The notes beneath the pieces were generated by a model. The model was not told the DNA's origin and searched no databases. It was given only the letters and a program-made list of their open reading frames with translations. This document shows positions 48,506 through 59,727 of a stretch of DNA of 64,000 bases, in pieces. The translations under genes were made by a program, and so were the position numbers. Origin of the DNA: an uncultured bacterium (GTDB taxonomy: Bacteria > Verrucomicrobiota > Verrucomicrobiia > Limisphaerales > UBA8199); NCBI GenBank assembly GCA_963749495.1, contig CAVVMW010000015.1:320001-384000 (forward strand), in the 5' to 3' direction. The first letter of the stretch is position 1; the number at the start of each line of letters is the position of its first letter.

Positions 48506-51296
48506 GCCCCTTGGGGGCGAATCTCGGCTGGTCCGCGGCCCACTGGAGCATCTGCCGGCAGAGCGCCTCATGTTCGGCCTCCCTTCCAGACCAGACCTCG
48601 AGCGCAGCATTTCTCATGGCCTGGAGTGAGGCTTCATCGGCCAGGGCGGCTGAGGGAGGAAGTTGCTTCGCAGTTGCCAGAGCCTCCGCCAGCAAGGGCT
48701 CCGCCTCGGCTACCTGGCCTCGGCACCCGAGGACTTCGATCAGCCGGAGCAGGGCACGAACGCCAGCTTCCGATGGGGGCAGCTTCCTCGCTGTCTGGAC
48801 GGCTTCTCTGGCCTCCGCGGCGGCTTCAGCCATGAAGGCCTCGGCCTCGGCGAGCTTTCCTTGCGCGCGCAGCAGGACAATCACTGCGATGCGCACTCTT
48901 CGCACGTGGTGGTTTTCCCGGGTCTTCCACATCGCCAATGCCTCGCGATAAGCGGTTTCGGCTTCGGCAAACCGGCCGGTTTTCTGCAGGAGCTCTCCTA
49001 ATGTCTCCAGACATAAGGCGGTGAGCGTATGCCGGTGACGGACTGTTCTCCGGCACACAGCCAGGGCCTCACGAATCTTGAGTTCGCCCGCGTCCAACTG
49101 GTTCGCGCTCACCAGCGCGCAGCCAAGATTGTACAAAGCGCCCGCGTAATCAACATGCTCACTCCCGAGCAGGTTCTTGCGTGTCGTCACCACGTTTTGC
49201 AGCAGCTTGACCGCTTCCTCCGGCTTGCGTCGGTCGCGCAACGCCCCAGCCAGGGCTGTCTGGGCGGAGGCCACCGCGAGCGAGGCAGGTTCGTCAGGAA
49301 ACACGCGGGACAGGATCGCCAGCGCTTCCCGGGCATAACGTTCCGCCTCCTCCGGTTCGCCCAGGTATCTCACCGTGTCGGCCAAAAGAGTGAGCGATTC
49401 AGCCACCTCCAAGTGCTCGCTGCCCTGCAGGCGCCTCCTCATCGTCAGCGAGCGCTGGAAGAGATCGGCCGCTTCGGCAAGTCTTCCCAGATAGAGCTGA
49501 ACCCCGCCCAAGTGGTGCAGCGAGGCCGCCACCAGCACATGCTCCGGGCCGAGCAAATTGGTGCGGATCATGAGCGCTTCCTCAAGCAGGGAGGCACTTT
49601 CGACCGCTTCGCACCTGCACCAGTGCAGTTCGTGGCCCAGAAGGTCCAGCGAGTCGGCGACGTTCGTATTCATGTTCCCCCACAACGCTCGCCGGAGTCT
49701 CAACGCCTCCCGGTACATGCCCTCCGCCTGGTCGTACCGGCCCAGCGCTTGATATATTTCGCCCAACGTCATCCTTAACTCGGCCTCCACTTCCGGCTGG
49801 CCCTTCAAATCCCTGCCCACGCGCTCCGCCGTCTTGTCCAGGATCTCCCGCAGCATCGTCGTGTCCCGGCCCTGGGCCACCGATGGCCCCACGCCCCGCA
49901 GCATGTCCTTGAGGAACTGCGCCACCTGCTGACTCTTGGCGGCCTCCGACTGCGCCGTCTGCTGCGCCGCGTGCGCCTGGCGCCGGGCCGTTCGTTCTTT
50001 GGCCAGCGTCCACAGTGAGAAGCCCAGCCCCAGCACCAGCGCCAAGGCTATTAGCGCTCCGGCGGCGAAGGTCGCTTTGTTCCGCTGCACCAGTTTTTGG
50101 AGCCGGTAGAGCTTGCTGGGGGGACGCGCGGTCACCGGTTCGTTGCTCAGGTGGCGCAGGATGTCCTCAGCGAGGCTATTGGCCGTTTCATAGCGGCGGG
50201 TGCGGTCCTTTTCCAGGCAGCGCATCACGATCCAGTCCAGGTCGCCCCGCACCAGGTGAATGAGCTGCGGCGGCTCCGAGTGCCGGCACCGGGCCACGGT
50301 GGTCTGGTCGGCGGCTGCCAGGGTGCTCAGGCGGGTGGAGGGGCGCGCTGGCTCCTGTTCGCGGATGATCCGGCGCATCTCGTCCAGGCCCGCGGCCACA
50401 AGTTCCCGCTGGTCAAACGGCGTGTGGCCGGTCAGCAACTCGTAGAGAAGCACCCCCAGCGCATAGATGTCGCTGCGGGTATCAATGTCCATCGTGCTCA
50501 TCTGCGCCTGCTCCGGGCTCATGTACGCCGGCGTGCCGATGAATTGCTCAAAGGCCGTGAAGAGGGTCTTGTCGGTCAGCCGTGGCCCCGTCGCCTTGGC
50601 GATGCCGAAGTCAATCACCTTGGGCACGGGCGCCCCGTCCTGGAGGGTCACCAGGATGTTCGAGGGCTTGATGTCGCGGTGGATGATGCCCTTCTGGTGC
50701 GCGTGCTGCAGGGCATGGCAGACCTGGACGAAGAGGTTGAGCCGCACTTCGGCGGAGAGGTGGTTCTGGTCGCAGTACTCGGTGATCTTGATTCCCCGGA
50801 CCAGTTCCATAACGAAGTAGGGCCGGCCAGTGTCGGTGGCGCCGGCATCGAGCACGCGGGCGATGTTGGGATGGTCCATGAGCGCCAGCGCCTGGCGCTC
50901 GGCCTCGAAGCGGGCGATGACGGCCTTGGTGTCCATGCCCAGCTTGATAATCTTGAGGGCCACCCGGCGGCGGATGGGCTGCTCCTGTTCGGCCATGTAC
51001 ACCACCCCGCAGCCGCCTTCGCCAATCTGCTGGAGGAGTTTGTAGGGGCCGATCCGGTCGCCGGTCCTTTCGGTGAGCGGCGCAGGCAAGCCGGCGGCCG
51101 CCTCGGGCATGGGAATGGCAGGTTCTTCCAGAAAAGCGCCGGCCTGGTCGTGCGCCCTTAGCAGCTTCTCGACTTGGGCGCGCAACGGGGCGTCGCCGCG
51201 GCAGGCGCCGTCCAAGTAGGGGGCCCGCTCCACCGGCGAGTTCCGTGCCGCCGCTTCGGCCAACACTTGTTTGACTCGTTGCCAGTCCGTGTTCAT
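48369..51296 (-). CDS. Hanks-type Ser/Thr protein kinase with TM helix and TPR repeats; C-terminus runs into the repeat cluster
   Basis: IGEGGCGVVY, VALKIIK, HRDIKPSNIL, DFGIAK, GTPAYMSPEQ, TPR-like repeats. Confidence 0.93.
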   Translation of the reverse strand: MNTDWQRVKQVLAEAAARNSPVERAPYLDGACRGDAPLRAQVEKLLRAHDQAGAFLEEPAIPMPEAAAGLPAPLTERTGDRIGPYKLLQQIGEGGCGVVYMAEQEQPIRRRVALKIIKLGMDTKAVIARFEAERQALALMDHPNIARVLDAGATDTGRPYFVMELVRGIKITEYCDQNHLSAEVRLNLFVQVCHALQHAHQKGIIHRDIKPSNILVTLQDGAPVPKVIDFGIAKATGPRLTDKTLFTAFEQFIGTPAYMSPEQAQMSTMDIDTRSDIYALGVLLYELLTGHTPFDQRELVAAGLDEMRRIIREQEPARPSTRLSTLAAADQTTVARCRHSEPPQLIHLVRGDLDWIVMRCLEKDRTRRYETANSLAEDILRHLSNEPVTARPPSKLYRLQKLVQRNKATFAAGALIALALVLGLGFSLWTLAKERTARRQAHAAQQTAQSEAAKSQQVAQFLKDMLRGVGPSVAQGRDTTMLREILDKTAERVGRDLKGQPEVEAELRMTLGEIYQALGRYDQAEGMYREALRLRRALWGNMNTNVADSLDLLGHELHWCRCEAVESASLLEEALMIRTNLLGPEHVLVAASLHHLGGVQLYLGRLAEAADLFQRSLTMRRRLQGSEHLEVAESLTLLADTVRYLGEPEEAERYAREALAILSRVFPDEPASLAVASAQTALAGALRDRRKPEEAVKLLQNVVTTRKNLLGSEHVDYAGALYNLGCALVSANQLDAGELKIREALAVCRRTVRHRHTLTALCLETLGELLQKTGRFAEAETAYREALAMWKTRENHHVRRVRIAVIVLLRAQGKLAEAEAFMAEAAAEAREAVQTARKLPPSEAGVRALLRLIEVLGCRGQVAEAEPLLAEALATAKQLPPSAALADEASLQAMRNAALEVWSGREAEHEALCRQMLQWAADQPRFAPKGRAAKAQPKVELTTDCTDGTDPQESVSSVKSVVRFFAACEDLSQKQ

Positions 51297-51355
51297 GCGG
51301 TCACTCCGATCTGCCACGCTTCATAGACACATGCGACGCGGCCGGGCGGTTTGCT

Positions 51356-51952
51356 TCAGGAAATCGGCGGCGATGGCTGATTTTGACTGCCTGACTCGCC
51401 AGGCTCACGAATTCGTTGGAACAGCCAAGCACGGGCAAAGACCCACGTCCGGTCGGCGGTGCTGCGGGAAATGCCCAGTTGCTCCGCCGCTTGCGCCTGG
51501 GTCAGACCGGTGAAGAAACGCAGACTGACCAGTTCGGCAGCTTCGGCGTCCACCTCCGCCAGTTGGGTCAGCGTCTCATCCAGGGCGAGCAAATCCTCAT
51601 CGGGCATCGGCCCGGCCAGTTCGACCGCATCCAAGTCGACCCGTTCACAGCCGCCGCCGTGCTTGAGCCGTTGCTTACGGCGGGCGTTCTCCACGAGGAT
51701 CCGCCGCATCGCCTCTGCGGCGGCACCGAAGAAATGGGTGCGCCCCTCCCAGCCCGGATCCGTTGAGCCCGCCAAGCGAAGCCATGCTTCATGCACCAGA
51801 GCGGTGGGTTGGAGCGTCTGCCCGGCTCGCTCGTGGGCGAGCTTGCGCGAGGCCAGTCGGCGCAACTCGTCATAGACCAGGGGTAACAACTCCTCTGCTG
51901 CGTGGCCTGCGCCTCGGTTCGCCGCTTCCAATCTGTGTGCTGTCTCGCCCAT
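51356..51952 (-). CDS. ECF sigma factor (TIGR02999-type, kinase-associated)
   Basis: LLPLVYDELRRLA, TLQPTALVHEAWLRL, AAEAMRRILV, LRFFTGL, WVFARAWL. Confidence 0.92.
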   Translation of the reverse strand: MGETAHRLEAANRGAGHAAEELLPLVYDELRRLASRKLAHERAGQTLQPTALVHEAWLRLAGSTDPGWEGRTHFFGAAAEAMRRILVENARRKQRLKHGGGCERVDLDAVELAGPMPDEDLLALDETLTQLAEVDAEAAELVSLRFFTGLTQAQAAEQLGISRSTADRTWVFARAWLFQRIREPGESGSQNQPSPPIS

Positions 51953-52593
51953 GCCCAAAAGCCAAACGGAGGTAATTCTGACGCACCATGACAGAAACAC
52001 CGTCTTATGGCAAGCACGGTCAAGGCACTTTCACGCGGTGCGCGAGGGTGTGCTGGGCAGATGGTTCTCATCCAAGATCCCTCTGCGCGCACGGTGCCGC
52101 CGGCATAGCGGCCGGTGATCTGGTTGATGACGGATGCCTGCTCGGTGGAGGCGGCACCATCGACCTGCTCGATGGTCTGATAACGGTGAAAGACCGAGCC
52201 ATCGGCCCTTGCGGCATCACTCGAGAACTTCTCCCAATTTTGGGTACGCTTTTCCGAGTTCCGGCGCTTATAGAGGTGATGCGAACGTCGGACAACCTTG
52301 CGAAGCCCTGTTGCGGGACCTGTCTGCCCTGTGCGACGCGTTCGGGTGTCGCGGGCTCAGACTTGGCTCAGGCCCCCCTTTGCTGCGTGTGGCTGGACAG
52401 ATGCGTCATTCACAACACCTGCGTAAATTCGGGGCTTTGGGCAGTTCTTGCCTGGGACAGGGGGAAATAAGATAACATTAGGAAATCAACGTTCCCAATT
52501 CCCGGTGGTTTGTGCACACTATCGGCTCAAATGGATATCCGGTGCGGCAGTCGCCTTACATGAGATGGAATGTAAGAGAGCGGCGCCGCGGGT

Positions 52594-53085
52594 ATGGACA
52601 CCCTGTCAGCGTCCCCGTGGGCCGGTAAACTCGGGGCAATCGAAGCCATGCGACCAAAGATCCCTGCACCCAAGGAAATGCGCGACGTTCTTCCCGCCTT
52701 GGACCAGCCCGGGATGTGTGCGCCCATGCTCTCGGCCAGAGTCGGCGTTGCGATCCTGCAGGAGCTCGACAGGTACCGAGGAGAGAAGGCCAAGCTGTAC
52801 GGTCATGCCCTCGCGGTCTGCGGGGAGCGGGGGGTGTTCTTCCATGCGCGACCGGAGGGGGCAGTCTGCTTCGTCCCCCTCTCGTGCATCGCCTGGGTTG
52901 GGGAGCATGTGCTGGACCTTAAGAATTACGCCCAAAGCGGCTGGGATCTTCGCAACCAGAAGGTGCAGTTCGATCCACCGAGGGACACGCATTGCGTCCC
53001 TGACTGTAGCCGGCCATGCACCGACACCGACCGTTGTCTGATTCTCGCCGCCAGGCTTGAAAAGGTCGGAAGGAAAGAGAAGTAG
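52594..53085 (+). CDS. Hypothetical protein
   Basis: 163-aa ORF, no recognisable motif. Confidence 0.35.
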   Translation: MDTLSASPWAGKLGAIEAMRPKIPAPKEMRDVLPALDQPGMCAPMLSARVGVAILQELDRYRGEKAKLYGHALAVCGERGVFFHARPEGAVCFVPLSCIAWVGEHVLDLKNYAQSGWDLRNQKVQFDPPRDTHCVPDCSRPCTDTDRCLILAARLEKVGRKEK

Positions 53086-53314
53086 CGCCAACGCAGTCCA
53101 CCGAGGCCTGGTCCGGCCGGCTCGGCGGTGAGAATGACGGTGGTCCGGGTGCTCAGTCCGACGGCCGAGTCGATGCTGATCAGGGTGAGCCTGCCAGCCC
53201 AACCCGGTGGGCTCCGGCAGTGGTCAGTTGCGGCCCTGGCCGTGGGCGTCGAGTTGGATGTCCGGATAGTGCCCGTTTTAGTGCCCGCCCTCTGGCCTGG
53301 TGATGTGGGCAAAT

Positions 53315-53976
53315 CTGCCCTGCTGGCCCCGGACATTTACCTGGATGACTTCAGGGCCGTCTGTGCGGAGTACACTCAGAACGGCAACCCGTTGTTTATC
53401 CCAGAGGCCAGCCGGGATGAGCAGGCCGGTCTGCGGGCCATGTATGCCCTGGGCCATCACCACGCGCTGGGCTTTGCGCCCTTCGGCATCGATTCCCTTT
53501 CCCAGACCAACAGGTTGCGCGACTACTATGCGGTGCTTGGCAGCTTGCTCCCCCTGATCGCACAGCACCAGGGCAAGGACACGCTGAAGGGCTTCCTGCA
53601 GTATAAGGATGAGAAGGGCGTCGAGTTTGACCTCGGCGATTTCCGGGCGGAGATCGAATACCGTTCCCAAGAGGGTAATCGTCCGGGGGGAGGCGTGGCC
53701 ATCGCCGTTGCGCCGAATACCTTTGTAATGACCGGAGCCAACTACAGCATTCGCTTTGCTTCCCGCCCTGACAGGCCTGCCAACAGCGCCTGGCTGGCCA
53801 TTGATGAACTGGTTGCGCCTGGCCCCGAAAGGTCCTCGTTTTCGGCCAAAAAGACCCGTCCACTTCCTGGCCTGGACCTTGTTTTGGCCCGGCGCCTGAA
53901 TGGAGACGAGGCCTCGTACCGCGTGAACCTTGGACCCAAACCCCGCATTCTGCTGGGCAGGGTTTATCGATTCTAA
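53315..53976 (+). pseudogene. GH35-related beta-galactosidase C-terminal part (DUF5597)
   Basis: LLAPDIY, GNPLFIPE, GFAPFGID, RRLNGDE; N-terminus absent. Confidence 0.72.
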
Positions 53977-53998
53977 TGAAGCACACGCTCAAGGACCT

Positions 53999-54853
53999 AT
54001 GAAGTCCACCCGCCTTGTCATAGCCGCGGCACAGATGAAATTCCGCGCTGCCATCGTTGACAACGTCTCCTGGATCTCTGAGGCGATTCATTCGTCAACC
54101 AAAGCAGGCGCCAACGTCATCCTGTTCCCCGAATGCGCAGTGACAGGATATAATTGCGACTTCGCCGCAGTTTCGCCGTCGGAGGTGGGAGCGGCGCTCC
54201 AGAGCATCGCCCGTGCGGCCCGCGCCGCTGGCTGCAATGTGCTGGTGGGCAGCCCGACCTTTGCGGGACCCAGAAGGTTCAATTCCCTGGTCGTGTTCGA
54301 CCGTCGGGGACGAACGGCCTTCCGCTATTCTAAGATTCACCTTACGGCGCGGGACGCGCGCTTTTTCAGCCCGGGAAATGCGCTCGCCTTTTTCACTCTC
54401 GCGGGTGTGCCTTGTACGGCGATCATCTGCCACGAACGGCGCTATCCGGAGTTGGTGCGCCTGCCCGTGATGCTTGGCGCGCAAATCGTGTTTCACCCGA
54501 ACGCCGGGTTGGACTCGCTGCCCGTTTCCGAGAGCAAGCGCTATGGCCGCGACGGGATAGCGATCCGCGCGTTCGAGAACGAGGTCTATTATGTGTTCGC
54601 CAACTCCGTTGGGCGGCAGGGCGCCGGCCTGTGGTCCGCCGGCGACTCGAAAATCGTGGCGCCGGACTCGCAGGTGCTCGCCCTGGCCAATAACCGCGAC
54701 GAGACTGTCATCCAAGCGGAAGTCGATCTGTCGCGCGCCGGCCGCAAGTACGCCCGCGATGCACTGCAAGAACCGGTCTTCCTGCGGGCCCACTGGAAGG
54801 CAATGCTGGTTGCCTGCAGACGCCAACTCCGGCAACCTCACGGCAGATTATGA
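53999..54853 (+). CDS. Carbon-nitrogen hydrolase (nitrilase superfamily)
   Basis: ILFPECAVTGY, YSKIHL, IICHERRYPE (E-K-C triad). Confidence 0.9.
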   Translation: MKSTRLVIAAAQMKFRAAIVDNVSWISEAIHSSTKAGANVILFPECAVTGYNCDFAAVSPSEVGAALQSIARAARAAGCNVLVGSPTFAGPRRFNSLVVFDRRGRTAFRYSKIHLTARDARFFSPGNALAFFTLAGVPCTAIICHERRYPELVRLPVMLGAQIVFHPNAGLDSLPVSESKRYGRDGIAIRAFENEVYYVFANSVGRQGAGLWSAGDSKIVAPDSQVLALANNRDETVIQAEVDLSRAGRKYARDALQEPVFLRAHWKAMLVACRRQLRQPHGRL

Positions 54854-56778
54854 CACCTTCCGTTCAGCGAACCATGTGGCAGATCCTCATCAGAATTGGC
54901 CTCCTGACCGCAGCCAGCCGGAGTTCCGCGGGAGCGCCGAGGATCACCACCGACCAGGACACCGTGCGGTTAGTCTCTGAGCATCTCGATGTCAGGGTGT
55001 CCCTCCGACAACCGGCGTTCGTGTCGTTGGGAGTGGACAGCCTGGGACTCAACGAGTGGGGCGCAAATTCCCTGCGCCCGCCGGCGCCCGTCTCCCCGCC
55101 CTTCCATGTGCGATGCGAAACAAATCCCGCGCTGCGCCTCGAATACAGCCGCTCCGACCAGACCGCCGCCCATCCGGGCGGATGGCGAATCGAGGTTGCA
55201 GAGCGGAGCATACGTCTGCTCTCCCGCTGGAGCGAAGCCGAACAGCCGGAGGCCCTGGTGCTGGAATTTGACCCGCACCGGTGTCACGTCACCCTGCTGG
55301 GCCTGTTCAACAAAGACGGCTCCATCCGCCTGCCCGCCGTTCTGCACTTCCCCGACCAGGGGTCTTTCCGGGTTACGGCAGATGGAGGTGCGGACCTGGC
55401 GCTGGGCTACGACGCGCGCCGGGCGGGTGAAGGCTACATCAAAGTGACCTTTCCGCCGGCAACTCCGGCCCGCCCTCGAATCGAGTACCGATGGGAGGTA
55501 GCCGCCATCCATCCAAAGCTGTCGAGTTTGGAGGGAGATCGGCGCCTCAACGGGTTCCGGCGAAACTGGCTGAACGTGTTGCAGGTGAATCCGCGGCTGC
55601 GGGTGCTGGCCAACCATGCGGCGAGCGACACGTGCGCTTTCTGCCTTTACGAATATGCCGACATCGCGCGCCATAGCCCGTTGCTGGTGGGGAATCTTGG
55701 CGCCCTGGACCTGGTTCGGCAGTCTTTGGACCGTTACCTGGCTGGGTTGGCGGGTTACGGTCTGCCGGGCAATATCGCGTTCGATACAGCCGGCGCCCAA
55801 CCCACGCGTGATCCGCCTTACCTGGACAGCTATCCGTCGTTGTTGATTGCCGCCGCCGACTATGTCGCCGGCAGCCGCGACCAGGTCTGGCTCCAGAGAC
55901 AATACCCCCGCCTCAAGGACTGGGGCGACAAGCTGCTGGCCATGGGTGCCGACGGCAACGGCCTCTTCAAATATCCCTACAGTGGCAACTCCGGTTCCTG
56001 GTCCGGCAAGGGCGACAAACGCCCGTCCAATTGGTGGGATACAATCGGCTTCGGCCATGAGGACGCCTACGCCAATGCCCTGGCCCACCGCGCCCTCCGG
56101 GGCCTCGAGGGACTGTCCGCCAGACTGGGCAGAACCAACGACGTCGCTCGCTGGCGCACGGCGGCCGACAAATTGCGCACCGCCTATTTCAGGGCCTTCT
56201 ACAACCCGGCCACCGGTGTCCTGGCCGGCTGGCGAAGCGCGGACGGCCAACTCCACGACTATTACTTTCTCTTTGTAAACGGCATCGCCATTCACTACGG
56301 GCTGGTGGCCGAAGAAAAGGCAAATGCCATCATGGATCGGCTCCTGGAGAAAATGAAAGCCGTCGGTTATACCCGCTTTGATCTGGGACTGCCCGGCAAC
56401 TTGATCCCGGTCGCCCGCAAGGACTATGCCCATCTGGAGCGCCGGTGGGGCGGCGGCGAAAAGGAGGACAACTCCGACGGGTTCCAGATCTACGAGAACG
56501 GGGGCGCCACCGCCTGCTTCGCCTACTTCACCCTGGCGGCGTTGTATGATCTGGGCCGTCGGGAGCAGGCTGATCGCCTCCTTTTTCCCATGCTCGAGGC
56601 CTTTGCGAAAGGCGCCTTTCAGGGCCAGGCGGCCAATGGCCGGAGCAACGACTGGAAGGCCTGGGACGGAACGCCCTGGGGTTACGAAGGCTTCCTGGTG
56701 GACAACTATTACGCGCTGCTGGCGGTGCTCACCCGGGAGAGCCTGGACCAGACCGGGGCAGCACCCGCGCGGCACTGA
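54850..56778 (+). CDS. Secreted (alpha/alpha)6-barrel glycoside hydrolase (GH78/GH116-like C-domain)
   Basis: NWWDTIGFGHEDAYANALA, FYNPATG, FQIYENGGA, GYEGFL. Confidence 0.62.
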   Translation: MTPSVQRTMWQILIRIGLLTAASRSSAGAPRITTDQDTVRLVSEHLDVRVSLRQPAFVSLGVDSLGLNEWGANSLRPPAPVSPPFHVRCETNPALRLEYSRSDQTAAHPGGWRIEVAERSIRLLSRWSEAEQPEALVLEFDPHRCHVTLLGLFNKDGSIRLPAVLHFPDQGSFRVTADGGADLALGYDARRAGEGYIKVTFPPATPARPRIEYRWEVAAIHPKLSSLEGDRRLNGFRRNWLNVLQVNPRLRVLANHAASDTCAFCLYEYADIARHSPLLVGNLGALDLVRQSLDRYLAGLAGYGLPGNIAFDTAGAQPTRDPPYLDSYPSLLIAAADYVAGSRDQVWLQRQYPRLKDWGDKLLAMGADGNGLFKYPYSGNSGSWSGKGDKRPSNWWDTIGFGHEDAYANALAHRALRGLEGLSARLGRTNDVARWRTAADKLRTAYFRAFYNPATGVLAGWRSADGQLHDYYFLFVNGIAIHYGLVAEEKANAIMDRLLEKMKAVGYTRFDLGLPGNLIPVARKDYAHLERRWGGGEKEDNSDGFQIYENGGATACFAYFTLAALYDLGRREQADRLLFPMLEAFAKGAFQGQAANGRSNDWKAWDGTPWGYEGFLVDNYYALLAVLTRESLDQTGAAPARH

Positions 56779-57492
56779 ACGAGCGATCCTTCGCCAAGCA
56801 TCGCGAACTGGTGAGGTCATGGGGCGCATCCTTCCGATCCTTTGCCTGACCACCATCATCCGGGGCTCATGCCCAGTACCGGCGGCGGAATCACCTCGCG
56901 AGCCCGGCCTCACTGCGATGTGGTGGACGGAGGACCCGCCGCCCTCCCCGATTTCGCGCAGCCGGCCACCTTCAAACGCCGTCTGCTCGGCGTTAAACAG
57001 GCCGGAGGTTCAGGCATTGCCCTGTGCCGCGCATCAACAAGGGTAACAAATCCCAGGTAGAGCAAGTCCCTACCAATCAGACAGTTGCGTGGATTCTTGG
57101 CCATGAAGGTGCAGATTCTGAGCCCCCACGCCGGATACAAAACCCGCGCCGCCAGAGCATTGCAAATTCTTGTCGCCATGCGCCAAGGCGAGGGTTTGGG
57201 ACGGTGACGGTCTCTCGCTCGGGTCTTTGGATTCATTTTTCAGGACACTGCACGTGTTGGTAAGGGAGGGCAAACGCAATTCCCGCATACTAGCGCGTGG
57301 CGATCATCAGACCTCCGTATTCGGCCACACAGCTACCTCTCTAAAGTATTGATAGACAAGCACTTGGCCTCTTAATCCCGGCTTGTTAGACCCAAGGCCG
57401 GATGAGGCTTTAGTCCCATACAAACCTCCCGATTGTCATCCGGTTTGGGGAATCTGGAGCTTCCGGGGATGCCCTACTCAGAACGCCATACA

Positions 57493-57834
57493 ATGGAGGT
57501 GGTGAACGACAGCACAGTCAACGGACTGGATTCTGGCGACGCGGGCGGGATGGAGTATTCGCTCTGGCTTGCGAAGGTGGGCCTGTCCCGGCCCACGGGC
57601 TACCGGTATCGCCGCGACGGCAAAGTGGTCACGTTTAACATCGAAGGCCGTGAGTTCATCACGACCGAAGAAATCACCCGTTTCTGGCAGCGAGTCAAGG
57701 CGGGCGAATTCGCCAAGAAGCCCCGTGGCGCAAGTGCTCAGGCCGGTCGGGCTTCTTCCCAGCCTTCTGGCTGTGACCGTGCGCAGGACGGCAGTATTCC
57801 GTCAGACTCAAAAACACTTTGTCGCGAGGCTTAG
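57493..57834 (+). CDS. Small excisionase/AlpA-like HTH DNA-binding protein
   Basis: WLAKVGLSRPTGYRYRRDG...NIEGREFITTEEITRF; adjacent to the att-like repeat. Confidence 0.6.
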   Translation: MEVVNDSTVNGLDSGDAGGMEYSLWLAKVGLSRPTGYRYRRDGKVVTFNIEGREFITTEEITRFWQRVKAGEFAKKPRGASAQAGRASSQPSGCDRAQDGSIPSDSKTLCREA

Positions 57835-57899
57835 CCGCCTGCCTCGAACCGCCACCCCGCTTTGTGCCGCCCTTGCGGCCGCCTGCGAAATGGAATCTC

Positions 57900-58086
<187 letters not shown>

Positions 58087-58619
58087 GCATCAAAAACCCC
58101 ATAAAATCAGGGATTTACTCACTGTTTCGACTACCTGAACAGGCCGTTTTTTGAGGCCGAAAAAAGTTGTCTGTGCCACTTCTGTGCCACCTTTCGGCTT
58201 CTGAACGGCTTTCGGGCGGTCTGAGGGGCTGCTATGCGCTACGGGATGAGGATGATGCGCGCTGGGCGGAAACCAGCAGGAAAACACCCCAGGACCGCGC
58301 AGGGTGTATTAGGGTAGCCCCCTTGCCCCGCCGCGACGCTCCCAGGCCGTGCTGCTGCCCCGTCTGGAGCATTCCTGGCCATTCTGGTGAAGGGTGTGGC
58401 GTTCTGGCCAAAGGCGCGGACCTCGAACGCGGGCGCCATTTCGCTTGACCTCCCGTCCGTCCCGCCGTGCCTGGGCCGGGCAGCCCCCCAAGGCAGCGCC
58501 TCAACTTCGTCCTTGGGGTTGGCGGGCGGTCCCACCGGCACATCGCTTCCGCGTGGACCCTGTTCCCGGAGGTGCAGGTGTGTGTGAAGATGTGCCGGCT
58601 CGGTCACCATGCTCAGCAA

Positions 58620-59277
58620 CGTGCAATGGAGTTGGCCCGACGGCGTTCACCGTACCGCGTTGGCGCTGGTGCCGACTTACTCAAGCTCTTAGCACGCTAT
58701 GGGACAGCCGGGGGCTGCAACTGAATTCGGGGCCCCTCTCGGCGCTTCGGGGTGCGACGCCGCCGACGCGCAACAATCTGTCGCACGCGAACAAAGTGCG
58801 CGATGCGGTGATGGCCGAGAAGCTCTTCTGGGCAGTGTATGCCTATTTGGGGGACCTATCGCCCAAGTTTGTCTCTGGCAAGTCGGCGAAGCGGTTTGCC
58901 CGCCGATTCAAGCGGACGATTCACCTGGTCAACTCGACGACGATTGAATTGATCGCCTCCTGCATGGACTGGGCCAAGCACCGGCGGCGCAAGGCCGCAG
59001 CCAAGTGCCATTTGCGCTTAGACCTGCAAAGTTTTCTGCCGCGCTTTGCGATTATCAACACCGCGCGGGAGGCATCGCACACATCATTGAGGCCGATGCT
59101 ATGGGTCACCTGCGCGTAGCAAAGACTGACGATGTGACTCCACTCATCAAAGGTGCGCGTCTTCTCATCGACGCCGGTCTCCCGAGCTAACTTGGGCACC
59201 AAGTGCGGCGGAATGTAGTTGCAAAGCTGACGGAGAACGGTGAAGTTTGACGCGGTTGGAACGTTTTGGTATTTCAT
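58620..59277. mobile_element. Scrambled IS4-family transposase remnant
   Basis: N-terminus (FTVLRQLCNYIP...GLNDVCDA) on minus 59277-59070; continuation (LQLNSGPL...NNLSHAN...STTIEL...DWAKHRRRKAAAKCH) on plus 58714-59067. Confidence 0.8.
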
Positions 59278-59727
59278 TCGCCTGCCTTGTGGCAGGTTTC
59301 CCGAAACATTCCAACCGTTTTTTTCAGATTTCTATATGACGCGATTTTCCGCATGGAGAGCACGGTGCGCATCCCCGACCCAACCGAGAAGCAAGGCCCA
59401 CGACCGGCGGATACTCAAGCGGAGGAAAAGATACCTCTCGCTGTCTCTCCGTCTTCTGCGCGCGCGCCCGCCTCGCGCGAGGACGCCCGGACCCTGTGCG
59501 ATCTGGTCCGGTCCCTTGCCACGGTGCGAGAATGCATCCGCATCGAGCGCGGGAAGCCGGCGCCCGGGGTCCTCCGCCACGCCGAAGTCCCGCTGGAGCC
59601 GCGCAAGCGCAAGCCGACTGAGCGTCGCGCGCCTGGGTTTGGAACCTGGAGGAGGACGGCGCCGGTTGCGGCGCCCTGGAACCCGGCTGGCGTGGCCCCC
59701 TGACCGGCTTCTTGCCGCTCTGGCACG

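Noticed and set aside
48369..51952. ECF sigma plus Ser/Thr kinase pair as a novel system
   Set aside because: A well-known, abundant arrangement in Planctomycetota and Verrucomicrobiota
1205..56913. Long antisense ORFs (1205..3016, 11202..12956, 13452..15452, 20118..21509, 41999..43690, 54970..56913)
   Set aside because: Shadow ORFs opposite well-supported genes, expected at high GC
57366..57378. GGCCTCTTAATCC as a tRNA-Lys-type att core remnant
   Set aside because: Too short and no matching partner found in the window
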